Origin: Candidatus Latescibacterota bacterium
GTDB taxonomy: Bacteria; Latescibacterota; UBA2968; GCA-2709665
Length of the DNA stretch: 64,000 nt
Assembly: GCA_965237675.1 (NCBI GenBank)
Contig: OZ250150.1
Location: 3,680,001-3,744,000, forward strand
Direction: 5' to 3'
Of this stretch, positions 1-9,786 are shown in pieces. Position numbers and translations under genes: made by a program. Every line of letters starts with the position of its first letter. Position 1 is the stretch's first letter. The notes beneath the pieces were generated by a model. It worked only from the letters and a program-made list of their open reading frames with translations. It had not been told where the DNA came from and searched no databases.

Positions 1-2
1 AA

Positions 3-323
3 TTTCGAAACCAACGCGCAGATTACCCTGATTTGACTCCAGGGCAGGAATACGGGGTCATTGGGATCGAAGCGGATGATTTGCGGGTTTTGAGCGATCA
101 AGGTCGGCCGTACCTGTATCCCGCGCACTTGTTCGAGATGGTGGACACTCGTGAGCCCGGAGATTGGGTGACGGAATACGGAGAAGAAGGTGAGCGGTAT
201 GCTTATCCCCTGCCGCTGAATGACAACGGTTTCTTTGAAGACTTTTTCGATGACGACAAGGAGGCTGTTGCCGTCTTTTGGCGAATTGTAAACCAGCGTT
301 TGGCAGCCACGATGGCGGTTTAG
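3..323 (+). CDS. Hypothetical small acidic protein, 5'-truncated by the window edge
   Basis: The frame is open from position 3 (FRNQRADYPDLTPGQEYGVIGIEADD...) to TAG 323 and is followed by a terminator. Confidence 0.7.
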   Translation, partial: FRNQRADYPDLTPGQEYGVIGIEADDLRVLSDQGRPYLYPAHLFEMVDTREPGDWVTEYGEEGERYAYPLPLNDNGFFEDFFDDDKEAVAVFWRIVNQRLAATMAV

Positions 324-344
324 TCCCTGTCAGGAGATGCAACT

Positions 345-372
345 GCCCTGCTCCGGACGGCAGGGCTTTTTT
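345..372 (+). terminator. Rho-independent terminator
   Basis: GCCCTGC-8 nt loop-GCAGGGC followed by TTTTTT. Confidence 0.8.
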
Positions 373-690
373 ATTTGTACTGGCGAAGGATCGAATCAGG
401 AAGGATATTCACTTAGACAACGACCACCGATGAACACTGGGCCGGTCAGGGATCCGGATCCGTGAACGCCGGGCATGTGGTCCCTGTGGTTGTCCGGTCT
501 CGAAAGGCGTGTACAGAGCCGCAGGGGTGGCTGAAGTTCTGACAGACGTGGACTACTGATACGGCGCATGGTTTCAGGAATTGGCTTGTAAGCCTGCCCG
601 GTTGGCATTATATTTAAAGCTTTTGGGTGTAACCCCACGGGACGCACGCCGGCATGCCCGTGGGATCTTGATTTTACCGGAGAGCTATTG

Positions 691-1677
691 ATGTTGAAAT
701 ATATCGCGTGGCGAATTCTGATGATGATTCCCACTCTCTTCGCCATATCAATCGTGTCGTTTTTGATTATCCAGCTTCCGCCCGGAGACTTCCTCACCTC
801 GTACCTGGCGCAACTCACGTCAATGGGTGAAACGGTGAGCGAGGAGGTCATCGAGGCGCTGAGGGCGCGGTACGGGCTGGGCAGTCCGGTTTACGTACAG
901 TACTGGACGTGGATAACGGGAATCGTCACAAAGGGAGATTTCGGGATGTCGCTGCTGTGGGGGCGGCCGGTGAGCGATCTGCTGTGGGATCGGGTCAGCC
1001 TTACCGTGATGGTGAGCGCGAGTTCGGTGCTCTTCATATGGGTGGTCGCGATTCCCATCGGCATCTATTCCGCGGTCCGGCAGTATTCAATCGGCGACTA
1101 TATTTTCACGTTTCTGGGATTCCTGGGACTTGCGACGCCGCCATTCATGCTCGCACTGATTGCGCTATGGATTGTCTTTGTGTCCACCGGAAGCGTGCTG
1201 GTCGGGCTCTCTTCTCCGGAGTTCATCGACGCGCCCTGGTCAATCGCGAAGGCATTGGACCTGCTCGCCCACCTGTGGATTCCCATGGTGATCCTGGGAA
1301 CCGCGGGGACTGCCGGGACGATCCGCGTGATCCGTGCTCAGATGCTGGATGAATTGCACAAGCCGTATGTTGTGACCGCCAGGGCAAAAGGGGTGTCGGA
1401 ATTGAAGCTGCTCTTCAAGTATCCCGTGCGGATTGCCCTGAACCCCTTCTTCAGCACCCTGGGCTGGTTGCTGCCCAGGCTGATCGCGGGAGAAATTCTG
1501 GTGTCCATCGTGTTGAATCTGCCCACAACGGGGCCGCTCCTGCTGGGGGCGCTCACCAACCAGGACATGTACCTGGCCGGAAGTTTTATGCTGATCCTGA
1601 GTACGTTGACGGTGATCGGGACGCTGATTTCGGATATTCTGCTCGCCTGGGTCGATCCTAGAATACGGTACTCATAA
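691..1677 (+). CDS. ABC transporter permease, DppB/OppB-like
   Basis: Hydrophobic helices; GDFGMS and EAA-like loop LDELHKPYVVTARAKG; ends DPRIRY. Confidence 0.93.
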   Translation: MLKYIAWRILMMIPTLFAISIVSFLIIQLPPGDFLTSYLAQLTSMGETVSEEVIEALRARYGLGSPVYVQYWTWITGIVTKGDFGMSLLWGRPVSDLLWDRVSLTVMVSASSVLFIWVVAIPIGIYSAVRQYSIGDYIFTFLGFLGLATPPFMLALIALWIVFVSTGSVLVGLSSPEFIDAPWSIAKALDLLAHLWIPMVILGTAGTAGTIRVIRAQMLDELHKPYVVTARAKGVSELKLLFKYPVRIALNPFFSTLGWLLPRLIAGEILVSIVLNLPTTGPLLLGALTNQDMYLAGSFMLILSTLTVIGTLISDILLAWVDPRIRYS

Positions 1678-1765
1678 GTCTCCAGGGTGCGCCGGGGACG
1701 GACGGGAGTCGTTCGGGATTCCCGCAGAACCGCACAATAGTGGAAGCTCAGAGGGTCTGTCGCCA

Positions 1766-2953
1766 ATGATGAAGCCGTTGATGGATGTTTTTCGAAAGCT
1801 GCAGGCGGACGGTATATTCGGATATCGCAGGCGCCCGCACGCGGGCCCCCCCGAAGAAGAATCCGGGGCGCGGGTGCTCGTGGCTTCTCAATGGCGGCTG
1901 ATGTGGTGGAAATTCCGGAAACACCAGCTGGCGAAGATCGCGGGCGTGGTGCTGATTCTCTTTTATCTCGTGGCGGGTTTCTGCGAATTTGTGGCGCCGC
2001 ACAATCCGCACCTCTTGAATACGAAGTACATTCACGCGCCTCCTCAGACGGTTCGATTTTTCGACGCCGGGGGGGCGTTTCATTTAAGGCCCTTCGTGTA
2101 CCGGAATATCCAGCACCGGGATCCGGTCACGCTCCGCCTTTCCTATGTCGAAGATCGCTCCCGGCGCTTCCATATTCGGCTCTTTGTCGTGGGGGATCCG
2201 TATACCCTTTGGGGGTGGATCCCCATGCATCGCCGTCTGCTCGGTCTCGAGAACGGGGAACGCCTGTTCCTGCTGGGGGCGGACCGGATGGGCCGGGATC
2301 TGCTGTCTCGAATCGCCTACGGCGCGCGGATTTCCCTTTCCATCGGATTGATCGGGATATCCATCAGCTTTGTGCTCGGGCTGATTATGGGCGGTATTTC
2401 CGGCTACTTCGGCGGTAGAATCGACGACGTGATCCAGCGATTGATTGAGTTCATTATGGGAATTCCGGGCCTGCCGCTCTGGATGACGCTCAGTGCGGCG
2501 CTGCCCTCGGACTGGCCGATCATCCGTGTATATTTCGGCATTACGATCATTCTGGCCTTTGTGGGCTGGACCGGTCTGGCCCGTGTCGTCCGCGGGCGGT
2601 TTCTGGCGTTGAGGGAAGAGGATTTCGTGATGGCGGCGCGCCTGGCCGGCGCCCGGGAGAGCCGGATCATCGCCAGGCACATGGTGCCTTCGTTTATGAG
2701 TTACATCATCGCCGCGCTTACGCTGGCGGTTCCGCAGATGATTCTGGGCGAGACGGCGCTGAGCTTCATCGGGCTGGGGTTGCGATCGCCGGCCATCAGC
2801 TGGGGTGTGCTGTTGCAGGATGCGATGAATATCCGGGCTGTGGCGCATTTTCCATGGCTGCTTCTACCGGGCCTGTTTGTTATCGTCGTGGTGCTGGCGT
2901 TCAATTTTCTGGGAGATGGGCTGAGAGACGCGGCCGATCCATATACCAGGTAG
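1766..2953 (+). CDS. ABC transporter permease, DppC/OppC-like
   Basis: LGADRMGRDLLSRIAYGARISL; EEDFVMAARLAGA; FNFLGDGLRDAADP. Confidence 0.93.
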   Translation: MMKPLMDVFRKLQADGIFGYRRRPHAGPPEEESGARVLVASQWRLMWWKFRKHQLAKIAGVVLILFYLVAGFCEFVAPHNPHLLNTKYIHAPPQTVRFFDAGGAFHLRPFVYRNIQHRDPVTLRLSYVEDRSRRFHIRLFVVGDPYTLWGWIPMHRRLLGLENGERLFLLGADRMGRDLLSRIAYGARISLSIGLIGISISFVLGLIMGGISGYFGGRIDDVIQRLIEFIMGIPGLPLWMTLSAALPSDWPIIRVYFGITIILAFVGWTGLARVVRGRFLALREEDFVMAARLAGARESRIIARHMVPSFMSYIIAALTLAVPQMILGETALSFIGLGLRSPAISWGVLLQDAMNIRAVAHFPWLLLPGLFVIVVVLAFNFLGDGLRDAADPYTR

Positions 2954-2962
2954 GGGACAACG

Positions 2963-3964
2963 ATGGATCCATCGGTGTTGCTCGAAGTCCGGGATTTGCA
3001 CGCGTATTTTTTCTCCGATGAAGGTACGGTGCGGGCCGTGGACGGCGTGGATTTTCAGATGATGAAGGGAGAGACGCTGGGGGTGGTGGGCGAAAGCGGC
3101 TGTGGCAAGAGCGTGACGGCGCAGTCTATTCTCCAGATTCTGCCCAAGAACGGACGGATTGTCAAGGGCGAGGTGCTGCTGAACGCCAATGGACGGGTTG
3201 TGGATCTGGCCGCGTTGAAGCCGAACGGAAGGGAGATCAGAAGAATCCGCGGCAAGGAAATCGCCATGATGTTTCAGGAGCCGATGACGTGTCTGAGCCC
3301 GGTCCATACGATAGGGAATCAGATCGAAGAGGCCATCCGGCTGCATCGGCGCGCGGATCGGAAGGAGGCCAGGGAGATCGCCATCGATATGTTACACAAG
3401 TGCGGTATCCCGGAACCGGAGCGGAGGGTGGATGCCTATCCCCACCAGTTGAGCGGAGGCATGCGCCAGCGGGCGATGATCGCAATGAGTCTGTCCTGCC
3501 GGCCGCGTCTGCTGATTGCCGATGAGCCAACTACGGCGCTGGACGTGACCACACAGGCGCAGATTCTGGATCTGCTGAAGGCGTTACAGGAGGAGATCCA
3601 TACCTCCATTATGATGATCACGCACAACCTGGGGGTGGTGGCGGAAGTGGCCGACCACGCGATGGTCATGTACCTGGGTAAGGTCGTGGAGTTTGCGCGG
3701 TGCGAGACCATCTTTAACGAGCCCGGGCATCCCTATACCCGCGCCCTGCTGAAGTCCATTCCCCGGCTGGGACGCAAGGCGAAGGAAGGACTTCTGTCCA
3801 TCGAGGGATCGGTGCCGAATCCGTACGAGTTGCCCTCGGGCTGCAAGTTCCATCCGCGGTGTCCGGACCGGATAGACGGTGTCTGCGACCGGTATGAGCC
3901 GGCGTTGACGACGATCGGTTCCGGGCACGGCGTGAGTTGTTTCCTGTATTCCGACCCGACATAG
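2963..3964 (+). CDS. ABC transporter ATP-binding protein, DppD/OppD-like
   Basis: Walker A GESGCGKS, signature LSGGMRQR, Walker [13 protein letters not shown]-terminal HPYT...GCKFHPRC. Confidence 0.95.
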   Translation: MDPSVLLEVRDLHAYFFSDEGTVRAVDGVDFQMMKGETLGVVGESGCGKSVTAQSILQILPKNGRIVKGEVLLNANGRVVDLAALKPNGREIRRIRGKEIAMMFQEPMTCLSPVHTIGNQIEEAIRLHRRADRKEAREIAIDMLHKCGIPEPERRVDAYPHQLSGGMRQRAMIAMSLSCRPRLLIADEPTTALDVTTQAQILDLLKALQEEIHTSIMMITHNLGVVAEVADHAMVMYLGKVVEFARCETIFNEPGHPYTRALLKSIPRLGRKAKEGLLSIEGSVPNPYELPSGCKFHPRCPDRIDGVCDRYEPALTTIGSGHGVSCFLYSDPT

Positions 3965-4126
3965 CGTCCTGTCCCAGAAATATGTCACCGTTCGGCCGCC
4001 GCTTCATCCCGTCTCGCTGCGTTGCCTTCGCTCGCCGACCTTGCGCAGGTCGCCTCGCTCAGGCGCCTTGCGAACTGAGCGACTCGACGGCCGAAATTAG
4101 GCGATCTATTTCCGGGACAGAACACT
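3963..4126. mobile_element. Palindromic MITE-like element A (about 164 bp)
   Basis: Imperfect 20-bp terminal inverted repeats AGCGTCCTGTCCCAGAAATA / TATTTCCGGGACAGAACACT; nested internal stems (TTCGGCCG/CGGCCGAA, CGACC/GGTCG). Confidence 0.65.
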
Positions 4127-4171
4127 TGTGCTCCCATCGACGCAGGCATCCATCCACAAAGAAAGAAGACG

Positions 4172-5200
4172 ATGCCCCACAACGATACCGCACTGCTGGA
4201 GGTGAAGAACCTGCGCAAGTATTTCCCCATCACCGAAGGGTTTATGAAACGCGTGGTGGGTCAGGTGAAGGCGGTGGACGGGGTCAGTTTCGCGGTAAAG
4301 AAACAGGAGACGCTGGGCCTGATCGGCGAGAGCGGGTGCGGCAAGACAACGGTCGGCCGGAGCATTCTGAGGGCGATCGAACCGACCGACGGGGAGGTGC
4401 TCTTCGAGGACGGAGGACGGATGATCGACGTTTGTCGGCTGTCCAGGAGGCAGTTGAGGAAGTTTCGCCGGCATATGCAGATGGTGTTTCAAGATCCGTA
4501 TTCATCGTTGAACCCCCGGATGACGGTATTTGATATCGTGGCGGAACCGCTTGTGGTGAACCGGGTCGCGAGGGGCGCCGAATTGGAGGATCGCGTTGCG
4601 GAGCTACTCAGAGTTGTCGGGCTGGACCCGCAGTTTATGCGCCGATATCCTCATGCGTTCAGCGGGGGGCAGCGGCAGAGGATCGGAGTCGCCAGGGCCC
4701 TGGCATTGAACCCCAGGTTGATTATCGGCGATGAGCCCGTATCGGCGCTGGATGTGTCGGTTCAGGCCCAGGTGCTGAACCTGCTCCAGGAACTTCAGGA
4801 GCGGATGGGACTTACCTATCTGTTCATTTCCCACGACCTGGCGGTGGTGGAACACATCAGCGACCGTATCGCCATCATGTATGTGGGTCAGATCGTGGAA
4901 CTGGCAGACGAAGAGACGCTGTTCGTCACTCCCAAACACCCCTACACCGAAGCGTTGCTGTCCGCCGTCCCCAAGCCCGATCCGGCGTACAAAAAACGGA
5001 AGATACTGCTGCAAGGGGAAGTGGCCGATCCGGCCAATCCGCCTTCGGGGTGTTATTTCCACCCCCGGTGCCCGTACGCCGAGGACGTGTGCCGGGAGGA
5101 ATCGCCGGAACTCGTGAACGTCTCGCCGCCGGATAGAGATCCGCATTACGTGCGCTGCCATTTCAGCGAAACACTTCGGTTGGTGGGTATTGAAGCATGA
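4172..5200 (+). CDS. ABC transporter ATP-binding protein, DppF/OppF-like
   Basis: [34 protein letters not shown]...GCYFHPRC. Confidence 0.95.
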   Translation: MPHNDTALLEVKNLRKYFPITEGFMKRVVGQVKAVDGVSFAVKKQETLGLIGESGCGKTTVGRSILRAIEPTDGEVLFEDGGRMIDVCRLSRRQLRKFRRHMQMVFQDPYSSLNPRMTVFDIVAEPLVVNRVARGAELEDRVAELLRVVGLDPQFMRRYPHAFSGGQRQRIGVARALALNPRLIIGDEPVSALDVSVQAQVLNLLQELQERMGLTYLFISHDLAVVEHISDRIAIMYVGQIVELADEETLFVTPKHPYTEALLSAVPKPDPAYKKRKILLQGEVADPANPPSGCYFHPRCPYAEDVCREESPELVNVSPPDRDPHYVRCHFSETLRLVGIEA

Positions 5201-7128
5201 ATATATCCCGGAAATCGCCCTGCCGGAAGGCTGGCCTTGCGTTAACCCCGGTCATTTGGGTCGCCTGGCTCTGTTCCTCGTTCGCGAATCCCGTCCCGGC
5301 GCCTCCGGAGGCGTTGAATGAAGCGCCGCTGCTCCGTGCGCGCGTCCAGGCGGGACAGCTTCCGCCGCTGAGGGAGCGGCTGCCCGACGTGCCGGCGGTG
5401 GTGCATCCCGTGGAGCGGATCGGCCGGTACGGCGGAACGTGGCGGCGGGTACACATGGGCATGCCGGACCGGGCCGGATGGATGCGGCTGACGTACGATC
5501 CTCTCCTGCGCTGGTCGAAGGATTACACCCGGGTGGAGCCCAATCTCGCCCGCTCGTGGGAGGTTTCCGAGGATGGACGGGAATTTACGTTTCATTTGCG
5601 GAAGGGACTCCGGTGGTCCGACGGGACGCCGTTCACCGCCGACGATTACATGTTCTGGTACGAAGACGTTATCCGTAATGACGATCTGAATCCTGTCAAG
5701 CCGAGCTGGCTCACGATCGCCGGCGAACTGGGCGTTGTCGAGCGTTTGGACGACCATACGATTCGTTTTCGCTTCGTGAAATCGAACGGCGTGATCCTGC
5801 AGTGGCTGGCATCGTGGACGGACGTGGTCGCCGGTCCGCCGCCGAAGCACTATCTCAAGCGCTTCCATCCCAACTATGTTTCGGAAACAGAACTGGACGC
5901 CATCGTTGCGGCGGAGGGATACGACACGTGGATGGCGCTGTACGAAACCAAGAGCAATGCGTTTCTGAATCCGGAACGGCCCGTCCTGTGCGCCTGGCAG
6001 GCAAGGACGGGAGCGGATGCGGCCATCTTTATCGCGGAGCGCAACCCGTATTACTGGAAGGTGGATCCGGAGGGCAACCAGCTTCCCTACATCGACAGGG
6101 TGGAAATGACGCTTGTACAGAGCGCGGAAACGGTGACCCTCAAGGCCATTGCCGGAGAGATCGATATGCAGAGCCGGCGGGTCGAATTCATGAACTATCC
6201 GCTACTGATGGAGCACCGGGAGAGTGGCGGATACCGGATTTTTCGCTGGAAGCCGGCAACCACGGGGCAGGGCACCGTGTATTTAAATCAGAACTACACC
6301 CACCAGGATTCCGTGATGGGCGCGCTGCTCAGAAATCGCACCTTCAGACGGGCGCTGTCTCTCGGTATCGACCGCAGGCAGATGATCGATCTGTTCTACA
6401 TGGGGGTGACCGAGCCCAGGCAGGTTGTCCCTTATACGGATGAACTCCACGGAGTACCTAGTACCGATACAATGTACACTTCGTTCGACTTGGATCAGGC
6501 GAACCGCCTCCTGGATGAGATCGGACTCGACAGACGGGATAGCGCGGGATACCGGCTGCGTCCCGACGGCAAAAGGTTGAAGTTCGCGATTGCTGGATTC
6601 ACGCCCGGAAACGCCTACATTGACGTGGCCGAATTGCTGGCTTTTCAGTGGACGGCGCTGGGCATCCAGTCCACCGTCAAACCCGAGGACGTGGCGTTGT
6701 GGGTGACCCGCGCGACGGCGGGGGAACACCACGTATCCGTCTACGCCGCGTCGGGTGGGTTTCGTCCGCTGATGGATCCGGTCTGGTTTTTCCCTTCAGC
6801 GTCGACGGCCTACTGGGCGCCCCTTCACGGCCTCTGGTACAGCAGTGGGGGCAGGGCGGGTGAAGAACCGACCGGCGAAATCGCGCGCATCGTGGAGATT
6901 TACGAGAAGGCGATGACCACGGTGGACGAAGCAGAGCAGGTGGCGCTGGTCAAGAAGGCGGTGCGGTTGCACGCGGAAAATCTGTGGCGCATTGGCGTTT
7001 GCGGCGGATTCGACGCGTTGTTCGTGGTCAGGAACGACTTCCGGAATGTACCCGAATTCGGCCTTAGCGATAACCCGTTGCTCACGCCAGGCTATACACA
7101 TCCTGAGCAGTATTTCTTCGAGCGGTAG
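5197..7128 (+). CDS. ABC transporter substrate-binding protein, family 5
   Basis: Signal peptide; [64 protein letters not shown]; overlaps the ATPase stop (ATGA). Confidence 0.93.
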   Translation: MNISRKSPCRKAGLALTPVIWVAWLCSSFANPVPAPPEALNEAPLLRARVQAGQLPPLRERLPDVPAVVHPVERIGRYGGTWRRVHMGMPDRAGWMRLTYDPLLRWSKDYTRVEPNLARSWEVSEDGREFTFHLRKGLRWSDGTPFTADDYMFWYEDVIRNDDLNPVKPSWLTIAGELGVVERLDDHTIRFRFVKSNGVILQWLASWTDVVAGPPPKHYLKRFHPNYVSETELDAIVAAEGYDTWMALYETKSNAFLNPERPVLCAWQARTGADAAIFIAERNPYYWKVDPEGNQLPYIDRVEMTLVQSAETVTLKAIAGEIDMQSRRVEFMNYPLLMEHRESGGYRIFRWKPATTGQGTVYLNQNYTHQDSVMGALLRNRTFRRALSLGIDRRQMIDLFYMGVTEPRQVVPYTDELHGVPSTDTMYTSFDLDQANRLLDEIGLDRRDSAGYRLRPDGKRLKFAIAGFTPGNAYIDVAELLAFQWTALGIQSTVKPEDVALWVTRATAGEHHVSVYAASGGFRPLMDPVWFFPSASTAYWAPLHGLWYSSGGRAGEEPTGEIARIVEIYEKAMTTVDEAEQVALVKKAVRLHAENLWRIGVCGGFDALFVVRNDFRNVPEFGLSDNPLLTPGYTHPEQYFFER

Positions 7129-7371
7129 CGCCCTGAGGGATGCCGTCAATGACGACGGCCGACGATTCATCGCGGGAGATGTGGGAGGTGCGAAACTCGT
7201 TCTGCGGGAAGGATATCGGTCCCTGATCCGTTCACGAAACGCGTTTCCCGGCGTCTTCGACGTGCAGATGATCGGACGGGCGATCTGCAGGCATTATCGC
7301 AGTAACGATGGGTTCCGATGTTTTCATGACCGTTGGGGATCGTCCCGTTTTTCCTCTGGTTGTATACAATT

Positions 7372-7404
7372 AAAAAGGAAGTTGAGAATGGCTCCCGACT
7401 TCCC
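7372..7404 (-). terminator. Terminator downstream of tRNA-Arg
   Basis: On the minus strand GGAAGT...ACTTCC followed by TTTTT. Confidence 0.5.
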
Positions 7405-7413
7405 GATATAAAC

Positions 7414-7490
7414 TGGTGCGGATGCCAGGATTCGAACCCGGAACCGCCTGGTCCGTAGCCAGGTGCTCTATCCAGTTGAGCCACATCCGC
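7414..7490 (-). tRNA. tRNA-Arg(ACG)
   Basis: Reverse complement GCGGATGTGGCTCAACTGGATAGAGCACCTGGCT-ACG-GACCAGGCGGTTCCGGGTTCGAATCCTGGCATCCGCACCA: cloverleaf, TTCGAAT T-loop, encoded CCA. Confidence 0.97.
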
Positions 7491-7675
7491 ACCGTTTTGA
7501 ATGGCCTTAGCGCGATTTTCGAAAATTCGCGCACATAAATTAACCAAAACACACGGCGGTGTCAAGGAATCCGGTATGCCATGCAGGCCCGGTTCCAGGG
7601 GTGTGCGTCGCGTCGGCCGGATCAAATCGGGTGAGCGCTGCCGTCCGTCCGTGAACCTTTCATCAGGAGCCCGCG

Positions 7676-9760
7676 ATGGCTGAATTTGAAGCGCCTGTAT
7701 ATGAAGCAGGGGAATTCTGGGAGCAGGTGAAACGCGGCGTTTCGCGGCTGGATCTGCCGGAAAATGTGTCGGAGCCGGCGGACGAAGCGTCCGCCTGGCG
7801 CGCGTGGCATGCCTATCTGGCCGGGAGGCCGGAGCCCACGTGGCACTTCGATTCGGAGCGATTCGGCGATACCGTTCGCACGCATTGGCCCGGGTTGGCG
7901 GGCGTGTGGATCGAGCAGTCGGACCTTCTGATCGACGGGAAGATGATTTACGGCGAGAACGCCGTTCCCTATGTGCCGGGGGTCGGGCTGGACTGGAACG
8001 CGAACCCGCACAAGACGATGAACTGGGGCGGGTTGCACTATATGTTTTTCATGAGATGGCCGATACGGGCGGCGATGTTGACCGGCGAAGGGAAGTACGT
8101 TCGGGTGGTGGCGGACTGTCTGCGAAGCTATCTCGAGCAGATGGACGACATCCGTGACGAAGGGGGAGTGATGGGGCGCGGGGCGAAGGAGGGCGGATTT
8201 TACGCGGTCTGGAATACGCTGGCCGTCGGGCTGAAGCTGAAGGCCCTGGGCGAGGCGCTGTACGCACTGCGCGCCCATCCGGACTGGACGGTGGCCGATT
8301 GCCGGGCCGCGTCCATCATGATCTGGCGCCTGGCGCGGCATCTGTACGCGCAGGTGGAATCACAGACCGCGGTCGAGTGGCAGCAGCAACTGAATTTTAT
8401 CGCCTCCGGCAGTGGTGGATTGGGGAGCGTCGGCGCGTTGCTTCCCGAATGGGAGGCAGCGGAGGGATGGCTTGAAACCGGGCGTCAGATCCAGGAGGTG
8501 CTGCTCCTGAACCAGGTGTATCCGGACGGGTTTCAAAAGGAAATATGTACGCAGTATCACAAGACGGTCATCCGGTCATTTGCCACCCTGCAGATGATAC
8601 TGACCCGCCGGGGGCTGCCGAGCTTTTACGATACGGAACCGTACCGGACGCGCTTTCTTGCGATGCACCGCTTTCTGGCTGAAATTCTGACGCCCGACGG
8701 GTTTACGCCGGCCATCAATTCGGCGGTGTACGCTCAGGACTGGCCGGCGTTTCTGGCCGCGGGAAACTCCTTCTTCAAGGACCCGGTGCTTCAGTGGCAC
8801 ATCGATCGTGGGTATCATCCCCTACTCGTACCGGTTCAGAAGGGCGGCCCGGGTTGGGGCAATACCATTTTAAACGACCTGTGTGTTCCGAAACCGGAGG
8901 GGGTGCAGGCTCGAGCGCCCGCGCCGGTTTCGCGCCTGTTTGCCGATTCCGGCGTCGCGGTTCTGCGCGACGGATGGGGCCCCGAGGCGAACGTACTGGT
9001 CCTGGATTTCGGGCATCCGGAGGGGGGACATGCCTACGGAGCGCAGGCTTCGTTTTCGGCCTGGGTGAAGGGTCGCCCGGCGGCTTTGTCTCCGGGATCC
9101 CCGTTCGCATACAGCGATCCGGACTATCGGCCCTGGTATTACAGCACGCAGGGGCAGAATACGGTCTGGATCGACGGGGATGACCAGGAATTCTGGCGCC
9201 CCGGTCAAAAGCGTCGGATCTGGGGTCGGATGCTGGAATGGCGAGAGAACGAAGCAGAAACTTACATACGCATCTCTCACGAAGGATACCTGCGTTCGAA
9301 GGGCGTGAGGCACGAACGTACGGTGCTGTTGAAAAAAGGGAGATATTTTCTGATTTACGACGTGCTGGATGCAGCGGCGAGTGACGATTCGCGCACGCTG
9401 CGCTGGACGCTGCGTTGTCCGGATGGACTGCGTGCGGCAAGCGATCGCACGGTCGTAAGCAACGGGGCTCCGGGCGTCAGGCTGGCGCCGGCGTGGACGG
9501 AGGCGATCCGCGACGTGGAGATCGGTTGGGGGCCGAGCATGGTCCCGTTGAGCTATCGACCTGATATGTCGGCTCAGAAAGCGCAGGTCTGCCACGTCAG
9601 GTTCGTCCAGGAGGTCGACGCCGGGGGGCAGGCGCGTTTTCTGGTTCTGTTGGTGTCGGGGGACTGTTCGGACGGGGCGGTTCACGCCGAATGGGTCGAC
9701 GGCGGGGTTGTGGCCACCGCAACAGCGTGGGGCGAAACGGATCGCATAACGCTGAAATGA
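7676..9760 (+). CDS. Heparinase II/III-like protein (divergent)
   Basis: QVYPDGFQKEICTQYH, SGVAVLRDGW...LDFG..GGH, HERTV beta-sandwich region; AGGAG RBS. Confidence 0.75.
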   Translation: MAEFEAPVYEAGEFWEQVKRGVSRLDLPENVSEPADEASAWRAWHAYLAGRPEPTWHFDSERFGDTVRTHWPGLAGVWIEQSDLLIDGKMIYGENAVPYVPGVGLDWNANPHKTMNWGGLHYMFFMRWPIRAAMLTGEGKYVRVVADCLRSYLEQMDDIRDEGGVMGRGAKEGGFYAVWNTLAVGLKLKALGEALYALRAHPDWTVADCRAASIMIWRLARHLYAQVESQTAVEWQQQLNFIASGSGGLGSVGALLPEWEAAEGWLETGRQIQEVLLLNQVYPDGFQKEICTQYHKTVIRSFATLQMILTRRGLPSFYDTEPYRTRFLAMHRFLAEILTPDGFTPAINSAVYAQDWPAFLAAGNSFFKDPVLQWHIDRGYHPLLVPVQKGGPGWGNTILNDLCVPKPEGVQARAPAPVSRLFADSGVAVLRDGWGPEANVLVLDFGHPEGGHAYGAQASFSAWVKGRPAALSPGSPFAYSDPDYRPWYYSTQGQNTVWIDGDDQEFWRPGQKRRIWGRMLEWRENEAETYIRISHEGYLRSKGVRHERTVLLKKGRYFLIYDVLDAAASDDSRTLRWTLRCPDGLRAASDRTVVSNGAPGVRLAPAWTEAIRDVEIGWGPSMVPLSYRPDMSAQKAQVCHVRFVQEVDAGGQARFLVLLVSGDCSDGAVHAEWVDGGVVATATAWGETDRITLK

Positions 9761-9786
9761 CGGACTGATACCGGGGAGAGCAGGCG

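Noticed and set aside
634-664. Hairpin CCCACGGG...CCCGTGGG upstream of the ABC operon as a riboswitch
   Set aside because: A single stem with no recognisable aptamer or U-tract; insufficient support
7090-7327. Minus-strand ORF MKTSEPIV...KRVS-TGA-TDQGP..., considered as possible selenocysteine readthrough
   Set aside because: No redox motif context or convincing SECIS hairpin, and the readthrough would run antisense into the binding-protein gene; probably a spurious ORF or remnant
7414-7490. tRNA-Arg as an integration site for an island
   Set aside because: No integrase and no duplicated tRNA 3' end found in the window
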